A stretch of DNA of 64,000 bases. It comes from Octopus vulgaris (Eukaryota). Shown piece after piece: positions 38,691-56,496 of this stretch. The notes under the pieces were generated by a model. The model was not told the origin of the DNA and made no database searches. It worked only from the letters and a program-made list of their open reading frames with translations. The position numbers were made by a program, and so were the translations under genes. Every line of letters starts with the position of its first letter. Positions within the stretch are counted from its first letter, which is position 1. The stretch covers positions 79,360,001-79,424,000 of the forward strand of contig OX597831.1 in assembly GCA_951406725.2 (NCBI GenBank), given 5' to 3'.

Positions 38691-38727
38691 CAGTTGAAAA
38701 GGTTTCAAATGACCGAAACCGGTACTG
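38691..38727 (+). ncRNA. Degenerate minimal hammerhead motif
   Basis: CAG-TTGAAAA-GGT-ttcaaatg-ACC-GAAA-CCGG-TA-CTG; the helices are intact but the core has two substitutions relative to CTGAAGA. Confidence 0.5.
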
Positions 38728-38776
38728 AAATGTTCTTTATAAAATTATCTTAGCATTTTCTATCTTGACTTGTTTT

Positions 38777-38849
<73 letters not shown>

Positions 38850-38919
38850 TTATATATATGTATATATATATCTTATACAGGCATACAAACATACACACGT
38901 GTGAGTGTATGTCTGTATG

Positions 38920-38952
<33 letters not shown>

Positions 38953-39087
38953 ATGTGTGTATTCCATCGCACACACGTGCAGATACATACAAATAGCTAT
39001 AGATGAAAATACGTGTATACATTCACATTCCTTTGAGCATGACTGCGTGTTTACTAATAAAAATAAGAATAATTATACATGCAGGCA

Positions 39088-39138
<51 letters not shown>

Positions 39139-39182
39139 TATACACATATATACATATAGACACACATATACACATGCATTTA

Positions 39183-39239
<57 letters not shown>

Positions 39240-39352
39240 TACATATATTCATGATCATTTCATCCCTCCTTTTTCCCTCTTTCGCAAACACTGTCTCACC
39301 TCCTCCCTCCCTTCTCTCCTACCATTGTATTATCATTACTATTATCATTATC

Positions 39353-39435
<83 letters not shown>

Positions 39436-40000
39436 CATTATTTTTCTTCCATTTTTTTTTTCTTTTTTCACAATTTTTTCTCGTCAGTAAATTCTTTTCA
39501 GTGAAGAAATCAAACTTTGTTCCTTAAATGTCGTGCTATTTAAATTTGAAACGCTCACGAAAGCGTTTGTTAATTATCGCAATGCTGATAATCATTATTA
39601 TTCTAATGATGAACAATATTGAGCTGTATATATATATATATACAACGGAATATGCGAGCATATATACATACATACAATGTGCGTGCGTGCGTGTGTGTGT
39701 GAGTGTGTATGTGTGCGTGTATGATTATATACTTAATACACACACACATACATTCATGTATATGTATATATGCAAATACGGATAGCTACATATATATACA
39801 CAAAAACACAAACACTCGCACATTTCTAAGATATATATATATATATATACACACACATTCACACACATATATATGTATATATATATATATATATACATAC
39901 ATACATACAGACATACATAGATACATACATATGCATACATAACTTGTGTTTATATAGATACATATATTGATACATAGATAGATAGATAGATAGATAGACA

Positions 40001-40049
<49 letters not shown>

Positions 40050-40578
40050 ACACACACATATCCTATTTTTAAAGCGATTTTAATAGTTTTTTTTCTTAAT
40101 TTTTGTGGGTTTTCTGTTTGTATTTTCAGGTGGCTTTCGTCATCGTCATCGTCGTCGTCGTCATCGTTGTCATGATTACCGTTCCTATTGTCATTATCAT
40201 TATCGTTTTTGTTGTTTTGCTGCTGCTACTGTTGTTGTTGTTGTTGCTGTTGTTATTGTTTTGCAGGTTGTTGTATTACGTTTCGAGCAAGTACAACTTA
40301 TTGATAATTTCTTAATTTCTCTCCTTTTTAAATGTTTCTTCTTTTTTCTTTTTTAAATTTTTGTCTCATGCTTTAAGAATAGCTTTTGTTAAACTGTGAC
40401 ATGCTTTTAAATTTCGCGCACACACACACACACATACACACACATACACACGCATACACATATATATAGAGAGAGCATGTATACTATATGTAAATATATA
40501 TATTATATATATATTATATTTATATAAATATATATATACATATATCTATATACATACATACATACATGTATGTATATA

Positions 40579-40611
<33 letters not shown>

Positions 40612-40634
40612 GCATACATACATGTATGAATATG

Positions 40635-40666
<32 letters not shown>

Positions 40667-40754
40667 TGCATGCATAATATGTATATGTATACATATACAT
40701 CGACATACTTGGCCTTATTGCTATTGTTGCTGCTACTGTTACTGCTGCTGCTGC

Positions 40755-40808
<54 letters not shown>

Positions 40809-41189
40809 AGTTGCTAACTCTATTGTTTCCGCTATATGCTAATTAATGCAGAGTTGCATTAATGTATTTCTGATGAGAACGCTTGCTCTATTTTTCTTTT
40901 CCTCCATCTTCCAGGCAAAACCCGATAACTGTGAGTACCAATGATTGTCGATAGATACTCCGAAGTACCACAGACTAACATACGCGCTGGCAGGGGTCGC
41001 TACCTTACATCCTGGGAGGTCACTTCCTGTTATAATGTTGCTTATTTATTTATGTATTTCTTCTTTAATCCCGTTTCTCGTAGAAAAGTTAGAATTGGCT
41101 CAATATCACCTCAGCGAAATCTAAGGACTGCTGCCTTGCAAACAGGGCAGAGGAAATACATATTCATACATATATATATATATATATAT

Positions 41190-41545
41190 AGTTTCTTTTG
41201 TGTGAATATGTGCCCCACCACCACCAGTGCTTGACAATCGGTGTGTTTAAGTCCCTCGTAACTTAGAGGTTCAGCACAAGAGACCGACAGACTAAGAACC
41301 AAACTTTAAACCATAAGGACTGAGGTCGATATATTCGACTAAAATTTCAAGGCAGTACCCCAGCATGGCCGCAGTCAAATGACTGAAACAAGTAAAGGAT
41401 ATATATATATATACATATAATCCACTTAGAAGGCTTCAGTCAGTCCGAGGCTATAGTAGAAGACACTTGCCCAAGGCGCCACTCAGTGGGACTGAATCCA
41501 GAACCATGTGGATGGTAAACTTACCACACAGCCACTCCTGCGCCT
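41190..41545. mobile_element. SINE B 3' half (+, 41190-41400) and SINE B 5' half (-, 41435-41545)
   Basis: Tail CCCAGCATGGCCGCAGTCAAATGACTGAAAC on +; reverse-complement head ACTTGCCCAAGG...GCCACTCCTGCGCC. Confidence 0.8.
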
Positions 41546-41557
41546 AAAGTTTGAGTC

Positions 41558-41675
41558 GCTTACAGCACATAGGTTTCCCAAACGGTCAGCCATCTAAGTA
41601 CTAACTAGGCTCGACGTTGCTTAACTTCGGTGAGCTGACGAGAACCTGTGCTTTCAACGTGAGATGGCCGTATGT
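41558..41675 (-). pseudogene. 5S rRNA: 5S rRNA pseudogene (full length, diverged)
   Basis: Minus strand ACATACGGCCATCTCACGTTGAAAGCACAGGTTCTCGTCAGCTCACCGAAGTTAAGCAACGTCGAGCCTAGTTAGTACTTAGATGGCTGACCGTTTGGGAAACCTATGTGCTGTAAGC. Box A is intact, box C is mutated, there is no oligo-T terminator, and it is a single copy. Confidence 0.9.
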
Positions 41676-42016
41676 ATGTATGTATGTATGTATGTATGTA
41701 TGTATGTATGTATGTATGTATGTATGTATGCATGTATCTATGTATGTATGTATGTATGTATGTATGTATGTATGTATGTATGTATGTATGTATGTATGTA
41801 TGTATGTGTGTATGTATGTATGTATGTATGTATGTATGTATGTATGTATGTATGTATGTACGCATACAACAAATCGAAGTAGCAGCCATGCAAAAATGTG
41901 AAATTTACCTTTTTCTTTGGATGATGGAAAAAATAAAACCATGATGAACGGCCTTCAACAATTTTGAGCAAACAGACAGACAGACAGATAGATAACTAAC
42001 TAGCTAGCTAGTTAGA

Positions 42017-42048
<32 letters not shown>

Positions 42049-42434
42049 GAGACAGATACATACATACATACATTCATACATACATACATACATACATACA
42101 TACAATATATACATACATACAATACATACATACATACATACATACAATATATACATACATACATACATGCATACATACATACATGCATCCATACATACAT
42201 ATATATATACACACATACATACATACATATATGCATACATACATACATACGTACAATATATACATACATATATACATACATACATACATACATACATACA
42301 TACATACATACATACATACATACATACAATATATACATACATATATACATACATACATACACACATACATACAATATATACATACATACATACATACATA
42401 AATACATACATACATACATAAATACATACATACA

Positions 42435-42468
<34 letters not shown>

Positions 42469-42586
42469 CATACATACATACATACATACATACGTACATA
42501 CATATGCATACATACATACATACATACACACGCACAAACATACATACATACATACATACATACATATGCATACATACATACATACA

Positions 42587-42617
<31 letters not shown>

Positions 42618-42660
42618 GCATACATGCATACATACATACATACATGCATACATACATACG
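41671..42660. repeat. (TATG)n 41671-41860 and (CATA)n 42058-42660 arrays
   Basis: Directly visible. Confidence 0.95.
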
Positions 42661-42821
42661 TATACACTCACATATACAATCACACACATATTTATGGCCT
42701 ATAGGCCTATATCTAACATACATGCTCAATTTTCATTCGTGCAATTTCAAGTTTACCCATAATCTTTTGGTCTCTGCCTTCCAACCGTTACCCTAATCGC
42801 GTAAATAAAGGAAAAACCAAA

Positions 42822-42926
42822 TATTATTATTATCATCATCATCATCATCATCATTATTATCATTATTATCATTATTATCATCATCATCATCATCATCATC
42901 ATCAACATCATCATCATCATCATCAA

Positions 42927-43016
<90 letters not shown>

Positions 43017-43017
43017 T

Positions 43018-43070
<53 letters not shown>

Positions 43071-43085
43071 CATTATTATTATTAC

Positions 43086-43154
<69 letters not shown>

Positions 43155-43158
43155 TGTT

Positions 43159-43202
<44 letters not shown>

Positions 43203-43225
43203 TATTATTATCATTATCATTATTA

Positions 43226-43274
<49 letters not shown>

Positions 43275-43303
43275 CATTATTATTATTACTGTTATTATTA
43301 TTA

Positions 43304-43358
<55 letters not shown>

Positions 43359-43545
43359 CATTGTTGTTGTTGTTGTTGTTGTTGTTATCATTGCTGTTAT
43401 TGAAGCTATTGTTGGGTGACTAGTGTTTTACGAATGATATTACCATGGTTAAAATATTGCTGATTAAGGAGCTCCAAGCATGTTCAAATATAAACCACAC
43501 ATTTAATTAGAACAACGCTGTCAATGTTATCAGCATTACATAATG

Positions 43546-43624
<79 letters not shown>

Positions 43625-43631
43625 CAGCAGC

Positions 43632-43670
<39 letters not shown>
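42822..43670. repeat. Compound trinucleotide arrays: (ATC)n/(ATT)n/(GTT)n 42822-43392 and (AGT)n 43545-43670
   Basis: Directly visible. Confidence 0.95.
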
Positions 43671-43671
<1 letters not shown>

Positions 43672-43940
43672 TAACCGATTCAGAAATTTCGATATTGTAT
43701 AACTCGTGTTACATAGTCCTATAATTCATTGTAGTTTAGCGTCCGCAGATCTTAATTAAAGGTGTTCTACACAAGCGCACGCTATCGCTGATGAGCATAT
43801 TCGTAGGCACGTACATACACACACGTGTACACACGCACAAACACACATACAAACGAGGATGCATACATGCTAAGCTTAACACATATTTATTCATGCACAC
43901 GTGTTGTATAGCAGCAGTGTGTATGAAAATATCTGCATAA

Positions 43941-43986
<46 letters not shown>

Positions 43987-44099
43987 TATATAGAAGGAGC
44001 TTCTACAGGACTAGAACTGTTTCATTCAAAAGAAATCATCAGGATGCTATGTATTGAGTACCTTATTTACTGTGGTTAACCCCGACTCAACCCGGGATC

Positions 44100-44135
<36 letters not shown>

Positions 44136-44372
44136 TATAGATATATAGATATATATGTATATATATATATATACATATACATATACATATATACATATAC
44201 ATATATATGTATGTATATATATATATATATATATATGTAAATAAATGTCATGGTGTATGTATATATATAATAGAAGTACGTAATGCTTTATATGGTGGAT
44301 TATACATATACATATATAAATATGTTCATAAACACGAATATACATGCATATATATATATATTTCTACATATA

Positions 44373-44435
<63 letters not shown>

Positions 44436-44632
44436 ATGTATATAAATACATATATATATATGTATATACATATATACATACGTATATATATAATATTTAT
44501 TATGTATATATATAATATGTTTATATATATATATATATATATATATACATCCTATTTAAATAACAGTTGATTCCACACAGAGATACGACGTATGTGTGCC
44601 TGTATATGTTGTTGTTGTTATTATTGTTGTTT

Positions 44633-44663
<31 letters not shown>

Positions 44664-44670
44664 CTCCAAT

Positions 44671-44714
<44 letters not shown>

Positions 44715-44804
44715 TATCATCACCATCATTATTTCTATAATTGTATATATATATATATATGCATATATATATAGATACATATGCATATATAAATACATAC
44801 ATAC

Positions 44805-44853
<49 letters not shown>

Positions 44854-45461
44854 TGTGTGTGTGTGTGTGTGTGTGGAAGTATGCACGTTCATGAACATAT
44901 GTAAGTATATGTATGGAGAGGTCTGTTACTGAGTGATTTGGTTGTAGCACACCTGATCGGAAAATTTGGGTTTCGATTCCAAGCGAAGCGTCCTGTTCTT
45001 AAGCAAAACGCAGAGTCGCCCGGCATCTGTCTAACAGTTAGCGAATGTGTGTGATCGTACAACGGACCGCTGGTCAGTCCAGGGGAGTGGTACATACGAT
45101 GCAAGCCCCGGGGGTAAAGAAATTATAAGCATAAAGTTTCGGAAATGAACTTCAAACCATGTATGTATACACATATGTATATATAAAATGGGGATGAGAG
45201 TGAGTGAGACAGACAGGAGAATAGAGAAATACGAGCATAGTAATACAACAGTAGATCGCAATGTATTTGCCCCTAATTATTTCAGCAGTTTTCTTTTATG
45301 CACTCAGCGGCAAAAATACAATCAACTAGACAGACATGGAAGTATATGTCTATATAAGTGTATGTATATATATGTATGTGAGTATACACATTTAAACATA
45401 CATACAGATACACACACACACATACATATATATACATATATATACATATATATACATATAG

Positions 45462-45618
<157 letters not shown>

Positions 45619-45803
45619 TAAATAAATTACGAAGGAACAGGAATTTATATACTACATTCATTAGCTCATAGGTGCCTCTGCTAAAAGTTGCAGGGCACCC
45701 AGGTCTAAGTGATTGCGCATCACCTTATGACTGCATGAAATGTTAAAATTCTGCAAATAAACACACCTACTCACACACACACATGTATACATATATATAA
45801 GTG

Positions 45804-45835
<32 letters not shown>

Positions 45836-46429
45836 CAAACGCGCACTAGTACACTGAATGAAAGATAGATGGATACACCTATCTTTCATGTATATATGTA
45901 TGTATGTAACTGTTTATGTATGTATATAGGAACATATATACAGGCATACATTATATGCATTCGAGTATTTCGTGATTAAATCTTATCAGTATTAATTTGT
46001 GTAACTATCTAAAAACATACACTTGAAGCACATCTGGCCACGATCTCCATAGGCAGCATGTGCATATGTGCATGTACGTAGGTGCATATGTATGATTATA
46101 GGTCTATACGAATGTATGTATGTGTATATGTATGTATATATGTATTCTTCTGAACATTAATTAAAATTAATTAATTAATTAATTAGTAATTAATAATTCC
46201 ACCATGTAGTATTCGACATGTTAAAAGGACCATTTTCGGTAAACTTCTAAAGGTCAGTATGTGGCGAAGCAAATTTTTTGCTGAACCCTTATTATAATTA
46301 TATTCATAATTATAAAAAATAATATAAATATATATATATATATATATACTTATTTATCGTGCACATATGTGATGTATTCGAATACAAATACAAACACACA
46401 CATATATATATATATATGTATATATATGA

Positions 46430-46464
<35 letters not shown>

Positions 46465-46544
46465 TATGTATACATATATATGCACATATCATTGTTATAG
46501 ATATAGAAGGGTGTATGTGAATCTACATCTATATAGAGTGCCCT

Positions 46545-46805
46545 TTAACTTTCAGTAAGGTGACTGCGGCCATTCTGGGGTAAACAAAATGAAAACTCAA
46601 AGCAGCCCGTCGTATATATACATATATATATATATACATATACGGCGGGATTCTTTCAGTTTTCATTTGCCAATTTCACTCACAAGACCTTGGTCGATGC
46701 GAGGCTATAGTAGGCATCACTTCCCAAGATTCCTGACAGTGAGATTGAAACCAGAACCATGTGGTTGGTAAGCAAGCTTCTTACCACACAGCCACGCCTG
46801 CGTCT
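46545..46805 (-). mobile_element. SINE family B, degenerate
   Basis: GAACCATGTGGTTGGTAAGCAAGCTTCTTACCACACAGCCACGCCTGCG is the reverse-complement head. Confidence 0.75.
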
Positions 46806-46969
46806 ATAGCTTCTTACCATAGTTTTCTTTTCAAAAACAACTTCATAGTAAATTCTTGTGTATTGCCTATTCCTTCTTTTAGTTTCCAAAAGATGAAGGA
46901 CGGACTTAGTGAATGTTTTTCGCTGTAACACTTGTATATAATTGTGCATATTAACGTGTCTTTATATGA

Positions 46970-47067
<98 letters not shown>

Positions 47068-47173
47068 GTATGTATATATACACATACATACATATATGTA
47101 TATATGTATATACATACCTATATATATTTATATATATAAATATATACCTATATCTGTATTTATGTATATGTAT

Positions 47174-47231
<58 letters not shown>

Positions 47232-47232
47232 T

Positions 47233-47291
<59 letters not shown>

Positions 47292-47312
47292 TAGATATAT
47301 AGATATAGGTAC

Positions 47313-47377
<65 letters not shown>

Positions 47378-47563
47378 CCTATATATATATATTTGTGTAA
47401 ATAAATACATACCTATATCTATATTTATATAAATATATATATATATATAATCCCATTTATACAGATCTATAGGAGTATATTTGTTGTATTTATATCTGTA
47501 TATATGTCTCATACGCTTGAATACATTTACCCATATACGTATATATACATACATATATATATG

Positions 47564-47596
<33 letters not shown>

Positions 47597-47636
47597 TTGT
47601 GTGTGTATGTGTGTGTGTGTGTGTGTCTGTATATAC

Positions 47637-47674
<38 letters not shown>

Positions 47675-47680
47675 TTATAT

Positions 47681-47748
<68 letters not shown>

Positions 47749-48167
47749 ATCTTTATATATATATGTATGTATCTGTATCAAAGGTGATATACATATATAA
47801 CTATATGTATGCATGTATGTATATATATGGATGTATGAATGAATTGGTGGATGGATGGATGGATGGATGGGTGGATGGAGGGATATGTAACACAAGTTCA
47901 CAGTCAGATCTTAAATGATTCCGCCTCAGGCTCTTCTCAGAACGACAGTCTCGAACAACCCCGCCGGAGGCGAAGTTAGACTTGACTGTCAACTGTTGAT
48001 ATAATGTATACATATATATATAAGAAGCATACATACATTTTTGTGTATATGTGCGTGTGTGTGTGTATTTATGTGTTTGTGTGTTCAACGTAAAATACAT
48101 ATTCATTATATTCATCGATTATTAAACGATGCATTCAAACGTATCAACATACACGTACATTTACACA

Positions 48168-48224
<57 letters not shown>

Positions 48225-48328
48225 GAAAACACAAAAACACACATATTCTCATGCACGTATAAAACACAAACTGCAGTTTATTTCGAGAGATAGATAAATA
48301 GACAGACAGAAAGATAGATAGATAGATG

Positions 48329-48491
<163 letters not shown>

Positions 48492-48492
48492 T

Positions 48493-48532
<40 letters not shown>

Positions 48533-49133
48533 ATATATATATAGGTAAAGTGATACATGTGTGTGTGTATATATCTATCTATCTATCTATCTATATATAT
48601 ATATATATATATGTAAACACATGATTAATTTAGTTCGCACGTGGATTTTGATACGTGTCTTACGCGTTAAAACAAACAGATCTCTTTCCCACTGTTCAAT
48701 ACATACGAAATGTTGAGAAACTGTGAAAAATCAACTGTTACTATGTGTCATCAAAAAATCATTCTCGTTGATTGCTTCCAGACAAATTTATGTGAAAATG
48801 TTGATAGCGAATGGGTGGATAGGCGGTGGTGGTGGGGAATACAAATGTGGAAGGACGGAAGGAAGAAAGAACTAGTTTTCATTTGTATTAAACACGTAAT
48901 TGCGATAAATAATCAATTAGTTCTTTTAAGACATGCTTACATATGCTGATTAAAGAAGAGCTTTTTGCATGTACACAAGTAGGGACTTAGACATACACAT
49001 TTACAAGTGTATGCACACACACACACAAGTATACATAGAAACATATATATGTGTGTCTACATATATATGTATATATATATATATATATATGTAAATATAT
49101 GATAGATATGATATGATATATATGTAAATATAT

Positions 49134-49174
<41 letters not shown>

Positions 49175-49357
49175 GTTTCTTTATTAGCCACACAGGGCCG
49201 AACACACAGGGAACAAAATACAATGTAGAGCTTTACTTTTTGAGATTAATAGATAGATATTAATTAATTTATTTATATATATATTTATATGAGTGTGTGC
49301 GCGTTTGTGCATGTATATATATATATCTTTATTGTCTAACTACATATATATATATAC

Positions 49358-49425
<68 letters not shown>

Positions 49426-49504
49426 TATATATGTATATATATACATATATATATATATACATATGAATATATATGTATATATGTATATATATAACATATG
49501 AATA

Positions 49505-49535
<31 letters not shown>

Positions 49536-49768
49536 CTATATATTTATATATATATATGGATATATATATATATATATAGGTATGCATGTATATATATTTG
49601 TGTGTGTGTGTGTGTGTGCATGTATAACTGTATGCTTATATAATTTTGTATATATGTATATACGATTTTTTTGTTGTATGGGTTCACATATATATGTATA
49701 TAACAATATGTGTTTTCTAAATAAGCATACAATGTATGCTTATAGATGCACATACACACAGACACACG

Positions 49769-49815
<47 letters not shown>

Positions 49816-49989
49816 GTGTACATATATATATATGTGTGCATATATATATGTACGTATATCATTATCTATTTTAAAATTTATATTAAATGTGTTATATTTA
49901 TATGTATAGATATAAACACACCTATATGCATACATACATAGATAGACACACTCCAGCACACACACACACGCACACGTTCATACACATGT

Positions 49990-50040
<51 letters not shown>

Positions 50041-50221
50041 GTATATGGGTGTGCGATTTTGAATGTCTGTTCGAAAAAGAAATCTTGTCTGTGCTTCATG
50101 AGCGAAAATTGCGTTCAATAATTTAAAAATGAGTTTTAATTAAATTCTTTGTAAAATAATAATAAAAATAATAATTATAATAACAATAATAATACTAATA
50201 CTACTACTACTACTACTAATG

Positions 50222-50306
<85 letters not shown>

Positions 50307-51551
50307 TAATAAAGATAATAATCATAACAACAATAATAATAATAATAAATGATGATGATGATGATGGTAATAATAATAATAACAGCAATTATTAAATCCC
50401 TTTTTAAAAAACAAATTTAAATAGCAGCAGATCCCGTTAAAATCGTGATTATAATTTGTATAGACATACTGGTGAGAATGTATAAAAAATTCATTAATAA
50501 CTATATATTTAAATATACGTATATGTGTGTGTTTGTAGGTGTGTGTGATGTGTTTGTGTTTTTGTATTTATATGTGTTTGTGTGTGTGGAGTAATTTAAC
50601 ACACGTATTGTGATACCAATAACAAACAAGCAAAACATTTGTGCGTATATATTTGTGTATATGTATATGTGTCTGTGTGTGTATGTTTGCGTGTATGTGT
50701 ATATATACATGTGTATATACATGTATATATATATGTGTGTGTGTGTGTGTGTTTCTATGTGTATATATATATATGTGCATATATATATATATATGTATGT
50801 ATATGTGTATGCCTGTGCTAATGAGTGTGTGTGTGTGTTTGTTTCTCTCGGTAATATGTGTGTTTGCATATGGAGAAGATTTGAGATTGTGATTGACGTT
50901 TTGACAAATATGTCGGAGATGTGTGTAGAGACTCTGTAACTGTGTATGTTGTGTGTTTATATGTTTGTGTGTGTTTGTGAGCGAGAGAGAGAGAGAGACA
51001 GACAGACAGAGAAAATACAGTACAGAGAACGAGATTTAGATAATGAGAGAGAGAGAGAGACTAAGAGACACAATGATGGAATGAGAGAGAAAGAGAGAGA
51101 AAGAAAGAATAAGAGATAAAGATAATTATGTTGACAGGTATTTCAGCTTACTCAGGGATAAATAGGAGTGGTAGATACATAGGTATGCGGGAAAGCTTGC
51201 GTATATATGTGTGTATACATACATGTATATATATATATACATATACATGTGTGTTTATACATATATGTGTGTGTGTGTGAGTGTGTATACATATACACAC
51301 AGACACACATATACACAAACATACATATACACAAAGACACACATATACATACAGACATTCATATACATATATATATTTACATATACTTATATATACATAT
51401 ATATATATGGCTTATATATATATTAAGGAATGTAGAAAAATACAACATGGACAAGAACGTATAACTCTTAGAAGACGATACAATAAACACGGACAGGACA
51501 TTCGAAACCCTCAGTCTTCAGTCAAGAACCGGATCATCGTAGTAATTTCGG

Positions 51552-51582
<31 letters not shown>

Positions 51583-51585
51583 GGT

Positions 51586-51623
<38 letters not shown>

Positions 51624-51649
51624 ACATATATATACATATATATATATAC

Positions 51650-51681
<32 letters not shown>

Positions 51682-51979
51682 GATAATTTAATATAGACTG
51701 CCAAGCGCAATATTTTAGAAGAAAGAAATAATCTAATTGTCACTATGACCAGGGCGAGCAGAACACATTACATTGCTGGAAATAAGAGCTGAAATGCTGT
51801 AGAGTTGCAGTCATAGCACGTAATTGTATACATACCTACCGAGGCGGACTGTAACCTGTTCATATGCATGTATTTACAGATGCATATAGGCATGAATATA
51901 TGTGTCTGCCAGATTGTAGTTATGAAAGCTTATATCCATATATACAGATATATACATACACACACACACACACACACAC

Positions 51980-52025
<46 letters not shown>

Positions 52026-52052
52026 CATAGACATCTATAGACATATATATAC

Positions 52053-52104
<52 letters not shown>

Positions 52105-52112
52105 GGCATGTA

Positions 52113-52176
<64 letters not shown>

Positions 52177-52314
52177 AATACACACACAGACAAACACAAA
52201 CACTAACACTATTCTTATATATATATGTATGTGTGTTTATCTATATATATAAATGCAAACGTACCTACCATGTTTATGTATATATGTATGTATGTATATA
52301 TATTTTCTCATATA

Positions 52315-52348
<34 letters not shown>

Positions 52349-52815
52349 CATTTATATATATATATATATATATATACATATATATACACATATATTATAT
52401 ATACACACACACACAAACACACACATTCGCGTAAATAAATACGTTAGAGAATGTGTGTGTGATTACATGAGAAAGAAAAAGTGTTTGTGCGCGTGTAATT
52501 GTGTAAGAGTGCGTAGAATGTGTGACTTACTTTCGGAAAGTTATCAAAACTTGCCGAGTAATTCCCTACGAATGGCAAACATGAATCCACCCGTTTATAC
52601 GTGTGTGCAAGCGTAACGTGTGCTTAGATGTACACATAGATGTATGTATATGAACACATTTATATATTCGTGTGTGTGTGTGTGTCTGTAAATATACATA
52701 CACGCACACACACACACACACATATATATATATTTACATATTCGTATATATGTATGATTGTTTATATGTATCATTAGACAGATAGATTGTTAGCCAGACA
52801 GATAGATAGATAGAA

Positions 52816-53209
<394 letters not shown>

Positions 53210-53346
53210 CAGTTAAATGAACATATTCTGAACGGTCCAAAATGTTTCGTAATATTCGATGTGGTTAACTATTTCTGGATATTAGGAGCGAACTCGTAAG
53301 TTATCACACTATTCGTATAACCCCTCTTCTGTGTTTTATATATATG

Positions 53347-53418
<72 letters not shown>

Positions 53419-53561
53419 CATATATACATATATACATATATATAAAATTACAAAATGGGACAAGAACGCAAAACATTCAAATAGACGATACTAAAGAAAA
53501 GGACGGGTCATTCGAAGCCTCCAATCTTCAGTAAAGAACCGGATAATCCTCGCAATTTCGG

Positions 53562-53671
<110 letters not shown>

Positions 53672-53674
53672 AAA

Positions 53675-53706
<32 letters not shown>

Positions 53707-53819
53707 ATATGTATGTATATATATATATATAAATATACATATATGCATAGTTATCTGTGTCTGCTTTGTATATGTTTATATATATATTCATACATGCATA
53801 TTTACTCATACATTCATAA

Positions 53820-53850
<31 letters not shown>

Positions 53851-54142
53851 CATGCATACATACATATATACATACATACATACATGCATACATAGGTACA
53901 TACATATATACATGACAAAAGTTCAAGGTAACGTGTACGAAATGAAAGATTCTGCCAATAAAATAAAAAGAAATGTCACCCACTGTTGTTAATTAATTCA
54001 TTCAGTTATCAATGACTTTCATTACACACCTGTGGCCTTCTCAGCAAGTTACCTGTACTGTATCTGCCCCGAAATACACCAGTGACTTCACACATGTTCT
54101 AACATCTGCAAACTTGCGATATGAATGCTAGATTATGTGTCT

Positions 54143-54243
<101 letters not shown>

Positions 54244-54325
54244 TGTATGTATATATGTGTGTGTGTAGCTATATATGTATGAACGTATTTATTTATGTAT
54301 ATATATATATTATATATATATATAT

Positions 54326-54356
<31 letters not shown>

Positions 54357-54391
54357 GTACATCTATATGTATATATATATATATGTACATC

Positions 54392-54471
<80 letters not shown>

Positions 54472-54854
54472 GCTAAATATACATTTCTATTGACAGATAA
54501 AGAGATGTTCATATATATATGTATTTAAATATACATCCATGTATACATACATACAAACACACATATATATGTATGTGTGCGTATATGTATATACACACAC
54601 TTATAAACATGTATGTATATATGTGTTCATGTATATATTAGGGTATATAATTGCGTGATTTTATTAAAACATATAAATATCGTAATGGAGAGATGTAAAT
54701 ATGTATATGTGTGTAGATAGATGTGTACAGCAATGTGTCTTGTCAGTCGTTGGAATGCTGGGAGAATGCTTCGGAGTATTCCAAGGTGACAAATACAACG
54801 CAAGGACTTAATTTTACCTATGTACTCCATTGAATATACTCATTTAGTCAAACT

Positions 54855-55914
<1,060 letters not shown>

Positions 55915-55951
55915 AATATATTCAACTCTTTTTTGTAGGGTCTATCGTTCA

Positions 55952-56012
55952 AATAGCCGATGAGAGTGCCCCGTGGCTCTTAGCTCCGGCGTTTGAAACT
56001 CTGAGTAGTATT
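55952..56012 (+). ncRNA. Type I hammerhead motif (CCGAUGA variant)
   Basis: AATAG-CCGATGA-GAGTGCC-loop-GGCGTTT-GAAAC-TCTGA-GTA-GTATT: helix II 7 bp with G-U pairs, helix III ACTC-T-GAGT, helix I AATA/TATT. Confidence 0.6.
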
Positions 56013-56057
56013 ATGACAACTTTCTGATTATCCTAAACTATCCATATATATATATAT

Positions 56058-56127
<70 letters not shown>

Positions 56128-56172
56128 GTGTGTATGCATGTAGGTATGTATGTATGTATGTATGTATGTATG

Positions 56173-56247
<75 letters not shown>

Positions 56248-56346
56248 TGGTAATAACGGTAAGATAACAAAAGAAAGAAAGAGACCTCAATATTATGTAA
56301 ATAGAGGAAATTTATCAATAAAATAATATGTTACAATTACTCAATA

Positions 56347-56417
56347 GTCAAGATAAAACTCAAGTTTCGAGATGCCGAAGTGGAAATCCACAACACCATC
56401 TCTTCGGTTATCTGGCC
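56347..56417 (-). ncRNA. Type I hammerhead motif, same family as 26737
   Basis: Minus strand GGCCAGATAA-CCGAAGA-GATG...GTGGATTTCCAC...CATCTC-GAAAC-TTGA-GTT-TTATCTTGAC. Confidence 0.65.
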
Positions 56418-56460
56418 ATCTGATATATATATATATATGTATATAGATATATATACATGT

Positions 56461-56496
<36 letters not shown>

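Noticed and set aside
43995-44048. CTGATGA...GAAAC on the minus strand (also GAAACGTC at 27419 and the CTTCCTCG/CGAGGAAG hairpin at 26919-26939)
   Set aside because: Only part of a hammerhead could be assembled (helix I or the core is missing). These may be decayed relatives but are not supportable individually.
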